A DNA stretch of 58,724 nt, filler included, from Bipalium vagum (lineage: Eukaryota), in the NCBI GenBank assembly GCA_037834085.1. It is 3 parts of 3 records of this genome, joined end to end, with 100 filler letters (N's around TTAATTAATTAA, not from the genome) between each part and the next. Parts side by side here need not be neighbours in the genome. Positions count along the whole stretch, not along the records: positions 21,674 to 40,565 come from JBBMKC010016264.1; 2 more parts are not named here. The stretch is one strand, 5' to 3'. Numbering within the stretch: the first letter of the stretch is position 1; each line of letters begins with the position of its first letter. This document shows positions 26,291-39,240 of this stretch, piece after piece. Below the pieces are notes generated by a model. That model did no database searches and had not been told where the DNA came from. It was given only the letters and a program-made list of their open reading frames with translations. The translations under genes were made by a program, and so were the position numbers.

Positions 26291-29200
26291 AAATATTTTT
26301 GGAATCCCTAGGAGACTGAACAGGACCTAGAGCACAACCTGGAGTCCTATTGTTGCTTAAGGTGAGATAATTCTTTATTGGCGTATTTTTTTGTTTTGTT
26401 TTTGTTTTAATTCTGACTTCAATTTAATTATTTGATTAACATTTCATTCTTATTTTATTAACATGTGATTGACGTTCAGACATTTGATCCAAGTGATGTT
26501 TGATTGTATAATATTTTAGTGCAATTTTTGTGAATTTCAAATATTCATTGTGATTTTCTGTGAATATTCTGATTCACTTTGAGTGCAAACCGAGATAAGA
26601 TTTTATTTGGATTGTTTTGATTCAATCGAGTATATATTTTTTAGGTTTCAATAAAACGATAGTAACGAAAATTTACATATTCCAATGAGGAAAATAGTAA
26701 CAAATAAGTCAGTTGGGCTTGATCAACCCATGATATCTTACGATTAATAGTTCCGAAAAAATATAAAGTAATGATTTTTAATAAAAAGTTACTTTGTGTA
26801 AATCCTTGAAATCTCCCCTTCATTTTCATTTACAAATATATAATTTTGATGTTACATTTTTATATATAAATTATATATTACAGCTTGAAATCATAAGTAA
26901 AAGTTATATTAAAATTTCTGTGCTTAGGCGGAAGACAAGTTTCAATTAATATCTTTTTAAAGATCTAAATTTTTTTCTAAGTTTGCCTTGATGAATAGAA
27001 TAGGTTTCTTTTCCCTTATAACACAATACATTTATATATTAAAAAAATGTATACTTTTCATATTAACAACTTTTGCCGTGGAACTAATCGAGGCTTCGGG
27101 GACAATACATGCTCAATTATTTACAAATGGGACAAGGTAGAATTTTTTTTTAAAAAATATCATAAATCATTTTAATAAAAATATATGCGAATAATAATTT
27201 ATTTCAACTGTACTTAAAAAATTAAATATTTCTCTTACTTCCTGAGATGTTTAGTGAAAAATTCAGATACTTTTCACTTTGTTTAACATTTTTAAAGGAT
27301 TTTTTCATCATTTCCTTCAAACTAAAAAAGTGAAAGTGCACCTATATTTCATTTGCGAATTATATTTAAACCAGAAATAAATTCATCTATTATTTAAATA
27401 ATATTGATTCTTATTATTCTATTTTTTTCTCAATTTCTGTAATATTTTGTGAAAAAATTTCCTCAGTGCAGTATCATTTTTTAAAAGAAATCTTTTTCTA
27501 ATTGAAAATTAAAATTTAGACAAAATTGAGCTTCTTTTTACATTCCTAATTGAAGGCAATGCCATGAACCTATGAAATCTTCAAATTTTCATTTTATTAA
27601 TAAGATAAAAATGAGAAAAAATAATAATTAATTTAATTATTTTTTGAATATAATGTCTGGTTTTTTTTATTAATTTTATCATGAATTTTAATTTTGAACA
27701 TTTAATTAAATTTATGACTCTTTTTCCATTGAAATGTCTTTGTTGAGAATTAAATTTTCTAAACAGCTAATTCTTTACCTTATTTTAATTTTAATTAAAT
27801 AAATAGAGCCAAGTTTATGAGTGACAGAACTTTTTTAAAAGTATTATTAGATATGACTGATCATAATTGATTATGGCTATCGGTTCAAACTGAAATTTTA
27901 TACAATTTTTCTGTTAGTACTATGACGAGGACAATTATTATATATTCCAATTCAAGCCATTATCATAATTCTGGGTCCATGAGATTCATTTGATTCATTG
28001 ATAAAAATACTACTCGTAATAAATGAAATTTAACATTCAGTAATAAATGTTTAGCACAGTGAAATCCTGTAACATTATGTAGAGGCAATATGTCTGATAT
28101 GCCCCCTGTACATGGCCCCAATATTTGTTACCTTTTGGCCAAATATGCATATTATTTTGTATTGAAACGCAATACGGTTGTGATTTGACAATATTTTTCG
28201 TTTTTCTTGAATTGAATTATTCAGTTTTGATATTTGATCAATGTACAGACATTAAAATTTCAAAAAAAGCATAACCCCAATGCGTTCTAACAATTTTTAC
28301 GAATAATAATCTATAAAGAAATTTATTTCATTGAAAATTGTCAGTTTCTTCAGTAATTAAGTATTTATTATTTCATAAGCTAACTACGGATATGAATGAA
28401 CTGTTTAATCTAGTTAAGAGCCTGAGTTTGAGTTTTTAAAAATACAATTTATCCCAACTCTTTTTAATGCATAATTAATGATTTGATTTCATCTTCATAA
28501 CTTTTAATTTCAAGAGTGAAAAATTGATCATTTATAGGTGCAAAGTTGTGACTAGAATTTTTCCTCTAATCTATACTGTTGTTATCTTATGGTTTTCTCA
28601 CCAAAAGAATTTTTTATTTTTCCTTTATTACTAAACAAGTAAAATATATCTTAAATGTTTGTTCATTGATTGTTCATGCGGAAATCAACAAATATAAACG
28701 AAACAAGTTATCCATGAAATCAAGTTACTAATTGCAATTTGAATATATTAGACTACCTTGAAATATTTAAACAACTTGTAATATACTTGAAATAAAATTA
28801 TATAGAAATAACATTTTTGAGCTAAACTTGACAATTATTACCTATTAACTTAACTGTAAATGCAATATTCTCTTTCCAACAGTCTTTTATCTAAAAAATA
28901 AAACATTCAAAATCAAAACGTATAACTAGGACCTAAAAGTGTCAATAAATTATAATTGAGCTTTTAAATTAAAAAAAAACAATTACAAAATTTTATAACA
29001 ATATTAAGCCATCCGATATAAAGTGAGATTTAAAAGTTCGAGATTTGTTAATTGTATAATGAAAGTGAAAGAATTATGAAACTCTTCCATCAAAGAAGTA
29101 GAAATTGATCAAGTCAAAGAAATACTTATCATAAGTTTACAATAAATTATGATAGAACTCCTTGAAATTAAGAAATTAAAACAGTATTATATTAGTCTTC

Positions 29201-32200
29201 ATTTATAGTCGTAAAACTTGAGCAAATGAGCATCAATTATTAAATTTAAGTTTGTCTTATTTTGCATTTACTTTGTGCATATTTTATACAGAAAAATTAC
29301 ATTTAAAAGCTTTTTTATGTTTTTTAGCCCGTTATATAATTTTTGGAGGAAGCAGAAAAAAATTATTATTGTAAACTAAGTTTTAAATGTACCAAAATTA
29401 ATAAATATTTCCATTAAATTTTTCCTGAATCCTAATAAAAATATAGAAAAAGCGAATTAAGAAAAGTAATTTAATAATTTTAAAAATTAGTTAATCCTTT
29501 TCTCCTGGGGTTTTATTATTAATTTTATTTCTAATATAAAATAAATTTCACTATTGAATATTCTAAGACACAGAAAATTAATTATTTGTTTAGCAGATAT
29601 TAATACTTGTGGAGGAAAATATTTGGATGTTCATGAATCTTTTATTTTAGAAAATAAATTTGACAATTACCAAAAAAATTGACTAAGAATAACACAGTAG
29701 GGCTATTTTGAAAGTCTAATTTAATATTATGTTGAGTTTCTCAAAGGTACCCCATAAACCCTTAAAGAAATTCGATACCCCATAAAATATACCTTTAAAA
29801 TATTAATTATTTAGGAAATAAATGTTAATTAACCCTTTAAAAAGTCCTTGAAAAATTTTCTCTAGAATTATTTTGAGCCTAATTAAAACCTATTAAAAAA
29901 GAAAATGGAGGGAAACGAAGCAATTATCTCCCAAAAAACGATTATCAATGAGTACATGTGGGAACTTGGAGAGTGCTCGTCTCCAAACTAATTAGTTTAG
30001 AATCAGTATATAAAGAGAAGCCTTTCCTCACAATTTTGCCCTCAACTAGCATACAAGAAACTTGTTATTATTCAGAGAATAAGATTATCAAACATTTTTT
30101 ATTGTTATTAGGAGAAGAAGATTATCAGACATTTTGTTATTGTTATTCGAAGAGAAAACCTATCAAGAAAATTAATTTTCAATTATATTTTCCGTTTGCT
30201 CTGATTGTGTTTAATTTCCTCACCAACTGTAAACGCATAGGTGATAGTTCTGGAAGCTTGAACGAAGCTAAACCGTAAGATCGCTTAGTTTTTGTTAACG
30301 TTCTTTATTATAATTATTCGATAATTATTTTTTAAGTTTATTTCTTGTATATTGATTTTTTTCTTTGACCATAAACTTTAAGTATTTTGTTTTAATTATT
30401 TGATTCTTTGATTAACATTCTGTTTTGATTGATGTGATTGAATATTTCCTAAGACATTTGAGACATTTTAGACATTATGGTGATCCCTTTGTTGAATTTG
30501 ACAATTTGTGTAATTATTATCATTGAGATTTTGTTTGATTTATTGTGATATAAATAAAAGTTATTGCTTTACTGATTGTTGTTATTTCGCACCACTTAAG
30601 AGTCAGGTTTAAAGTTGATATACTAAATATTGAACAATTAGAAGGGGAAGTCGTTTCCTCCTTTTGATATTGAAAATATTTATTTGATTGAAAAATACTT
30701 GGAAAAGTCATTTCAGTATTTTGTAAAGTTTTATTTTCTATTCACCAAAATTAATTTCTTAAGAAAATGAATTGTATTATGATTACTATATTTTCATATT
30801 AAGATTTTTTAATTATCTTCATAGAAATCATGAAACTTTCATCTTTTTGCAATTCAAAGAAAATAATCTAATCAACGAAACAAGAAGCACTTATTAATCT
30901 AAAAGTGAAATGAAATATAAAATAATAGACATAATAATGAAAAATCAATAAATACATTTTTGGTACTTTTTATCAAAAAATATCAGATAAAGAAGAAGGA
31001 GGGGAATTAATACTATATTTTTATGCTAGTTGATTTTGTTATGACCAATTAATGTAACAACCAAAAGCTAAGAATAAAATTCATTTATTCGTTTACCTGA
31101 TTAGATATTAACGAACAGTAGAATGAGATAGTCGAGTCAGGTCCTGAATGGAGTAAGTTAATATAAATATTAACATGTTTTTATGTTATAAGACATAAAA
31201 TAATAGCATATAAATATTACATAAAATAATATTTATATGCAATTTTTATTTGACTAATTATTTATTCTATTTATTTTAATAAATAAAATTACTCTCGAGA
31301 AATACTCCTACTTTGTTTATTCTCTTTCAGTTTGGCGAAGAATCGATTTGTTCTTCAGAGACTACTGAATTATTAATGTGTATCATCTTTTCTTACATTT
31401 CTTTCTTATACAATTTATTATTTAATAACATCATTGTAATCGGTTATATTCAAAATAAGTTTGGAAAAGAAAATGGTCCGATTTGATTATTTTGATTTAT
31501 TTTACAAATTAACAGGATCCTTTTTATTAAAAAATATTTTAGCTGACAATTATATCTACAATTATATATACTTTTTTACAGACCTATAGAAAATAAACAA
31601 TTTAAATGGAATAATAATCTGAATAACATTTTCTGTTTATTGTTTCTTTCCTTTTTCTAGTTAAATGACTAGAATTGCCACTTAAGAGTTCCAAATGAAT
31701 ATCATTAATCTTTTGAACTGATACGATACCTTTAACCTTTTTTTGAACTTATTAATCTGTTTTATATTGACTTTTCAGTAATGTTTTGGGTTTTATTAAA
31801 TTAAAACGCGATGAAGAAAATCATTTGAATTTTGATCGAACAATACATTTTTTATATAGAACAAGGGCTCAAGTTTTTGTTAAGCTCTAGACATACGCAT
31901 CATCAATCTTGTGGAAAACCTGAAAAATGGTAAACGAATTACATAATAATCACCAAGCTATTGTTCTTAACTGCCTTATCTTTTAAAATATAACATAATG
32001 TTTTAAAAACACTCAAAATTCATATTTCCCATTTTGTCTAAAAGTTTTGTTGACAAGCTTCTCTATAGGCTTCTTTAAAGTTAAAAATGACTTTATTACT
32101 TAAAGGTAATATAAATAAAATAATAAATAAAACAGTAAAAAAAATTTTAAAATAAAATTTATAAAGTATATACGCTGTATAAGTATGACTCTGGCTTTCT

Positions 32201-32344
32201 TTGACGAGTACTGGTCTCAAGCTGTTTCATAATTTATTTTTATGTACTTATAAAATTTTCATGAATTTTCTTAAAAATGAATTTTTTTGAAAAACATTTT
32301 CTGAACTATCTTTAATTTAATTAAAAAATTATTATTTTACACTG

Positions 32345-34200
32345 TACACCCTGTATTTAAAAATATTTAATCAAAAATATTTCCCATTAACCGCATAAAC
32401 CGTCGCCCATCTTTCATATAGCGAATAGATTCCGCAAAAGTAAAACTCTAGTTCTTTAAAGTAATCCATTTATCAATCCAATTTTGAAAGTCTCGACCCA
32501 AACTTCCAGCTGATTGCATCAAGCGGAACATATGGATATCAGAAGAACCAAAATCTGGTAAACATGAAACCATGTTAAATTTCAATGTGCGAACTTACTT
32601 AGTAATTCTGAATAACTGAATGAACATGTGATCTCCGTTATAATGTTAAAAAATTATCTTTTCATATCTGTCTGTCCATTTTAATTTTCTGGATCCCACT
32701 AAATACACACCATAACTTTAGACCCGTAGACATCTTGTTTTGGCATTAATGTAACGGGTACACCAGGCTTCACCAAAGATTCTTGGTCTTTAGGATCACC
32801 ATATTGAATCCAGTTTTCATTTCTTATGAAGATCCTATGCAGAAAAGTTTTATTCTTTTCTGGCTCTGAAAAGGAGCATCACAAATTGTACAGGGTGTTT
32901 CAAAATAAATCAGAAAAACTTTAAAAGGTTATATAAGCCCTTTGTTTTTCTGTATAAATAATATCAGCGTAATATACAAATTCCAATTTATAGAATGTAT
33001 ATTAATTAATTTTAATTGATTTCTTCATTTTTTTGTTAATAGAAGACAAATGAGCAATCTGGTATTTTGGCGATGCACAGAAGGGTAAAACGTCAAATTG
33101 AAATCGCACAATTGCTCAAGATACATAAACAGAAGGTTTCATATGTAATCAAGCGTTATAAAGACCTAGATCATAAATTTTACCTCTAACACGTGCAGGA
33201 AACATAAGATCAACAGGAAGGAGATTATGCTTAATCCGGGGGTATCAATCAGAAAAATAGCCTCTGGGACCAGCATCAGCCACTCATCGGTGTACAGAAT
33301 AACCAAGACAGAGCTCTACCTGAAACCTTACAAGCTCCACAAAGGCCATCTTCATACAGATGCAAACAAATGAGTACGACTTCTTTAATGTATGCAACTT
33401 CTAAATCTAGTAAACAAGCGATGAGAGAAAATCTTCTTTACCGATGAGAAGCTGTTAACAGTTGAACAGTGTCATAATCACCAAAACAATAGAATATGGT
33501 CAACTGAAAACCCCGGGCGATCTGCTATTGCCTCTCATCACCAAAAACCTCAGTCAGTCATGATATGGGACGGAATTTGCGCCAGTAGCAAAACCCCCTT
33601 AATTTTTCAGGATAACGAGGTCCAAATGTTTCGTTGCGATATTTTGGAGACTGTGGTACTTTCTTAGGTCCAACAACATTTTGACGATGATGATTGAACT
33701 TTTCAATAGGACTCAACACCAGCCTACAGGGTGAAAGCTACTCAAGACTGGTGCAAATCCTTTTTTCCGGATTTTATCACATCCGCGGAATGGCCACCAT
33801 ACTCTTCAGACCTGAACCCAATGAACTACGGCATATGATCAATATTGGAGGCCAGGATATGTAGTAGGCCATACAAAAGTTTGATGTAACTTAAGCAATC
33901 CCTGTGCCAGAAGTGAAGTCGAATTTAATTAAAAGAGTTGCAGTCAATAGCAGAAAATTCCATGAATTGTTTACAGCTATGTATTGGCATTCAAGGTGGC
34001 CACTTTGAAACCACTTCCATATTTTGTACTCACAAACATACTTAAATGTTATTAATTTTTTATTTCTGTTATTATAATAAAATTATAAAGAAAAAAAACA
34101 GTTTGGTGTATTTTGAAACACCCTGTAAAGGCCATGTCTCTGTGTAGAAATAAATTCCAGAATGCAAAGCAAGACATGTGCGATAAACTATTTATTGATG
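32345..34200 (-). mobile_element. Mariner relic split by a DD37D insertion
   Basis: TFLHRIFIRNENWIQYGDP, LPDFGSSDIHMFRLMQ and GIYSLYERWATVYAVNGKYF on the minus strand; interrupted at a TA by 32891-34125. Right boundary approximate. Confidence 0.75.
32891..34125 (+). mobile_element. Full-length decayed maT/DD37D Tc1/mariner transposon
   Basis: 17-bp perfect TIR CAGGGTGTTTCAAAATA with TA TSD. IFFTDEKLLTVEQ...NHQNNRIW; FQ*DSTPAY...WPPYSSDLNPMN with 37 residues between the second and third catalytic positions. Confidence 0.93.
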
Positions 34201-34858
34201 GTGATTTTACAAAAACCAATTTTATTTTTTAATAGAGAAATTTAAACGCATTTTTGTAAAAGCCAGAGTCATAATTATACACCTAAATTAGCTAATTTTT
34301 TAATATTAAAATATGTTTATATATTCAAAGTGAAAGTACTGTGTTTCTTCGAAAATAAGACCGCCTTTATATGAAAGTTTTGAGGAAAAATCACGTCATG
34401 GCTTATTTTCAAAGGAGGGCCTATATTTTAAGAATACTGATACATCTCATAATGACATTTAATCAAATACAGTCATGTCATCATCCTTTGAAACATCATC
34501 ATAAGATCCCAGATTTAAATCTTGGAATCCATCAAAAACAACATCGTGTAACTTTCTTCAAAAGATAAATTCTTATCCAAGTAACCTGTTCTTAATGCAT
34601 GAGCAATTGTGTCATTTGTGATTTTATTCCAGGCTGTCTTGACCAATCAAATGAGTTCTTGCAGACTAGGTCTAATAAAGTTGTCACGCTGATTTCTTTC
34701 CATCCGATGTTCAATGTACTCATTAATTTTCACACGCAGATAATCTTTGAATGGCTTGTTAATGGAAATGTCTAGTGACTTAAAAATTAGAAGTTATGTT
34801 TCCTATATTTTGTTTTCCTAAAAGTAAATATATGGAATATGCATAAGTAAAAGGTACA

Positions 34859-35125
34859 TGTTAGTGAAAATTAATCGGAGATACCGGGATTTGAGCCCGG
34901 GACTTTCACATGCACATGCACTGCTCTGACCGCTGAGCTACATCCCCAGACTAATTTCCAATTTATCTCACATCCCCCTCCTTTAAAGCTCACATCCATA
35001 TCCTTAACCTCTCTGAGTCTCTTACTTCAATTTCCTTTTCATTCCTTTTACTTTTTCCCTTTCGAGATCTCGTCCGTTGGTTGGTGTCCTGGCGTGGTCG
35101 CCACTAATTTCAAATTTATCTCACA
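34859..35125 (-). mobile_element. TRIM (mini non-autonomous LTR retrotransposon) with tRNA-derived LTR
   Basis: TG...CA ends, TSD GTACA/GTACG, 22-bp 5' LTR remnant (35104-35125), PBS TGGCGACCACGCCAGGAC (35086-35103), PPT AAAGGAGGGGGA (34973-34984), 114-bp 3' LTR (34859-34972). Confidence 0.8.
34877..34947 (-). pseudogene. tRNA-Ala(TGC)-derived sequence inside the LTR
   Basis: GGGGATGTAGCTCAGCGGTCAGAGC...CCGGGCTCAAATCCCGGTATCTCC. Acceptor (with G3:U70), D and T stems pair; the anticodon stem does not. Confidence 0.85.
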
Positions 35126-35252
35126 GTACGAATAAGTGATATATTGAATAAAAGCAAAATAGTAACTTTAATTTGTAAAAATAGATGTATTTTAAATTAA
35201 ATTTAAAAAATGCTTTGAAGAAACGTTTTTTTAAAAATAAAAAAGATACCAA

Positions 35253-35291
35253 AATACGAGGGTAGTTAATACGAGGGTAGTTAATACGAGG
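35253..35291. repeat. 15-bp tandem repeat (AATACGAGGGTAGTT x ~2.6)
   Basis: Directly visible in the subterminal region of the pogo element. Confidence 0.85.
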
Positions 35292-36399
35292 CCTTATTTT
35301 CAAAGGAGGCCTTATATTTAAAATTTCTGGAAAAATCTGGAGAATGCGTATTTTCAAAGGAGGTCTTATTATCCAAGAAATACGGCATTAATAAAAATAA
35401 TTTCCAAAATAATATGTACCAATACTCCATCGAATTAAATTTCAATTTTTTCTACTATTAAAATTTTGATTTTCCTGATTCCACTCAAGATAAAATTAGT
35501 ACTTAAAATAATTTTTCTGTTTTTTTTATTGTTTGGAGATTTTAAAATGTAAACTAAGCCATATAAACAAAAAGGAACAATATATTTAAGGCTTAAATTT
35601 TGAAATATAAATATACACATCAATTGGTAAAATAAGAATGAGGGCTAAATTGGAAATCAAATATTAAGAAACGCTTTTTTAATCAGTCAAATTAAAAATG
35701 GTAGATAATGCATCTAGTTGAGTAATACCACAATCTAGAGAAAAAAAACTAAATACAAGCAGCTAAAAGCTCCCATTAAAAAAGATTAGTACATTTTCTA
35801 TGTCTTCTTCAAAACCAAACAAACAAAATATAAAAGGATAATTATAATCCGTATCCGACAACCAGATCAAGGAATGAAAAACTGATTAGTACAACTGCAA
35901 AGTAGCCAGTATACAAATAAGAGAATCAAAAGAAAATCTCTTAAGAATGATGTTCTACGAGATACCGCACCAATCTCCTGCAGAATTCAATCGCTTAGTC
36001 ATATTAACCGCGTAATCCTAATTTAGTACAAGATCACTAGAAGAGGAATTTCATCCAGTACTGAAAATATCATATCTCTGAGTGAAAATAAGCCCACAAG
36101 ACACGTAAAGATGAAGATATGTTGTAATTCCTTTAAGTCAAATATTTTGCAATTCATTTGTCTTAAATAATCAATATAATGCCATATTCTTATATTTTTT
36201 AATTATAAAAATATTAGAGTTTTCAATAAGTCTTTACCCTTTTTCACTATTAAATTTTAAAACGATAAAGCATCCCAATAAATTATCGTAGTGCTTGTTT
36301 GATAATATCATTTTAAAGCGCGCAATTTGTATTTTAAAATTATTAAATTAATTAATTAATAATTTTTATTGATTAATAATAAATTTATGTTTAGATATC

Positions 36400-37320
36400 G
36401 ATAGTCAATTTGAAGTTCGTGCTTAAATGTTTTATGGGCTTCAGCGCTGCTGCAGTGCTGCGGAAACCACACATAGGCTAAAAGAAGTATTTGGTGAAGA
36501 ATCATGTTCTTATGGATGTACGAAAAAATGATTACGATAATTTTAAAATAGCAGAACGAACTTTGAAGACGAAACACGGGCTGATATTGATGATGTCATA
36601 CTAAAGGCAATTCATTCCAATCCAAGATTGACATTAAATGAACTATCTTCAGACCTCAGCTGTCTCTTATCAACCATTTGGAATCATTTAAAACGCCTGT
36701 ATTTAACAAAAGATTGGACAAAATTGTTTTTAAGCGAAAAAACATCGGATAGACATTTGCTCTTCTTTGTTCAAGAGCAACTAAAATGAATAATTACGGT
36801 AGATGAACAGTGTGTTTTGTATGATAATTCCCGACGATCACCTTAATGGGTACAACCTGATCAAATATCCTAAATCTGATATCAAATGAAAGTTTTGCTC
36901 AGTATCTGGTGGTCAGGAAGTTGAATTATACTTTGGGAATGTCTTCAACGCGGCCAAACAATTAATATTGATGTGTACTGCCAACAAATAGAACGAGTTC
37001 ATACATCTTTGCTCTAAAAACAACCAAACTTAATCAATCGAAATAGTGATTGTTTTGCCGGATAACGCAAGGCCCCATGTTATTCAATTTGCAAGTATTA
37101 ATTGAGAAACTTTGCTTTATCCACCATATATACCAGATATCTCATCTCAGGAGTTGCATCCTTTTTTAACAATGTAAAATTTCCTTGTCGGAAAAAGTAC
37201 GAAGAACGTTCTCAAGTCCTTGATGAAATAAATAGGTTTTTTGAATCAAAAAAGAACTCAAATTTCTTTTGAGACGGCATTTTTCGTTATCAAAACCTTG
37301 TTAATTGTGTTAAAATCTTA
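36400..37320 (+). mobile_element. Degenerate mariner transposon
   Basis: AAETTHRLKEVFGE, DEQCVLYDN, DNARPH, YPPYIPDIS. Confidence 0.8.
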
Positions 37321-38139
37321 AAAAGATGTAAAATATGTGATCTGTGTATTTAGGATTTAACGGTGAAGGTTGCGTTTATTTAAATTAGCGATTTAAATTT
37401 ACAAAGTATATTTTTACTAAAATGATATTATTTTACAAAAACGTGAGTATCGTCCTTGATGGATATTTTTAAAATTATTAGTTAAAATTTTTGTGGAATT
37501 TATTTAAGAAAAATCCTCTTTCTCTCTCTCTTAGGTTTCGAGGTCCTAGATAAAGAAAAAAATTATTTCACCGCCCTGCTTAGTGTGTGAAATAAGTACA
37601 ATAAAAGAAAAAATTTGAAGGAACGGAAAATTAAACAATTAATTGATCCTCAAATCCTGGCTTGAGTATTTATTATTTATTAATAATAAACTTTGTTTTG
37701 TTAGACAAAACAAGCTTATTTTGACGTTGATATTTATTAAACCAAAAGATATAAATATAAAATTTTTTAAAAATCGATAAGGATCTTGAATTTATAAAAA
37801 CCAGTTAAATTTATTAAACGAATGCTGGATGGTATGGCTTATTGAACGGTAATGGTAAGATTGTTGGTTGGTTGATGACCGGCATTTATAGTTATGATTG
37901 TTGAAAAATAAAATTTGTAGGTTGTTTGATGACCGACAATTTTTGTTATGAGACTGGTTGTTGCTTGAAACTTGACTGACCCTTTTAATCTTCTTGATTA
38001 ACGATTAAAGTTTATTCGATTAGTATAAGCTTGATTTAATTTTAATCTTCTTATTTTTTTCTCTTCAAATTTTCGATTTTTCTTTTTATATTAAAAATTC
38101 TTCTTATCTTTCTTAAAATAGTCATTCCTTTATTACAAG

Positions 38140-38582
38140 ACAATATAATTTTACTATACAATAATGCCAGACCGTATTTTCATTCTATTGTACATAATTA
38201 ATTAGAAGTTGCAAACTTGGAGGTCTTGCATTAACCGCCGTAATCACCAGATATTGCTCCTTCGGATTTGCATTTGTTCCACTCGATACAATCCCCGCTT
38301 TGTGGGAAGCGGTTCAGTTCCAATAAAGACCTTCAAAAATGGATTGATAACTTGATTTCTTCAAAAGAAGCAGAATTCTTTTCGTTGAATCGATTCGTTG
38401 CCTAAAAGATTCTCTAATGTCATATCTATAAATAGAAAATTTTTTAAAAAAATACTGATTAATTATGTTTCGACGAAACAGTTTAAATTAGAAATAAAAC
38501 ACTAAATAAAATTGTTTATAAATGTTTCAAAAAAAATATGTAAAAAAATTTAGACTCAAACTATTTTTCCCACCACTCATAT
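38140..38582 (+). mobile_element. Mariner 3' fragment
   Basis: YNNARPY, PP*SPDIAPSDLHLFHSIQ. Confidence 0.75.
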
Positions 38583-38874
38583 ATGACAAAATCATTCAGA
38601 TAGAAAAATAATTTTTCCGATTCAATGTTTTAGTTCTATTTTATAGTTGTATATTCTATAAAGCTCAATCAGACTAGTGAACTGAGTTCTATTTGTTTCA
38701 TCTTTAATTCTAATATCAGTTTGGCTAATAATTTTTTAAACTTTTAGGCATGAATCTTTAATTTAATAAAAATTTTTTATTTATAGGATATATACTGATG
38801 ACCTTCGGTACTATATTTATGGACTTTTTTTATAAAATCAAAAAGAATTAATCCACAATTTTTATTAATATATC

Positions 38875-39240
38875 ATGTTATCTCAAGAAGCTCTGTGTAT
38901 TCTTATCCTGTATTACATCAAAAGCAAAACGAATGCGGCCAAAGCACACAAGTTGATACGTGCAATATTTGATGAAAATGCCGACAACCGAGCGACGTGC
39001 TTTGATTTGAACAAACATTTCAGTTCTGGAGATTTTGACCTTGAAGATCAACCACGTGTTGATCGGTCAACAGAGATCGATAAAGATGCCATTCTAACAA
39101 TGATCGAAAAGAATCACACTATGGCAACCCGAGAACTTGCTCAAAATTTTAATTGTGTTTATGGAACCATTGAATGTTATTTTCATATGCTGGGAAAATT
39201 TAATAATACGGAAGACAAATTTGCTCGCATAACCATTTGT
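38875..39240 (+). mobile_element. Mariner 5' fragment (HTH domains)
   Basis: ILYYIKSKTNAAKAHKLI...FSSGDFDLEDQPRVDR...TRELAQ. Confidence 0.8.

Larger units (their letters stand above)
34339..35385 (-). mobile_element. Internally deleted pogo/Tc2 element
   Basis: Imperfect TIRs CTGTGTTTCTTCGAAAATAAGACC / GGTCTTATTATCCAAGAAATACGG. SLDISINKPFKDYLR...VKTAWNKIT on the minus strand. Confidence 0.8.

Noticed and set aside
29692-29850. CACAGTAGGG as a Transib/RSS-like terminus
   Set aside because: No matching opposite terminus or transposase found.
34877-34947. Functional tRNA-Ala gene
   Set aside because: The anticodon stem cannot pair, T54 is C, and it lies inside a TG...CA LTR within a transposon.
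37866-37952. Two ~32-bp repeats separated by a short spacer (CRISPR-like spacing)
   Set aside because: Only two imperfect copies in eukaryotic DNA and no cas genes; an ordinary tandem duplication.
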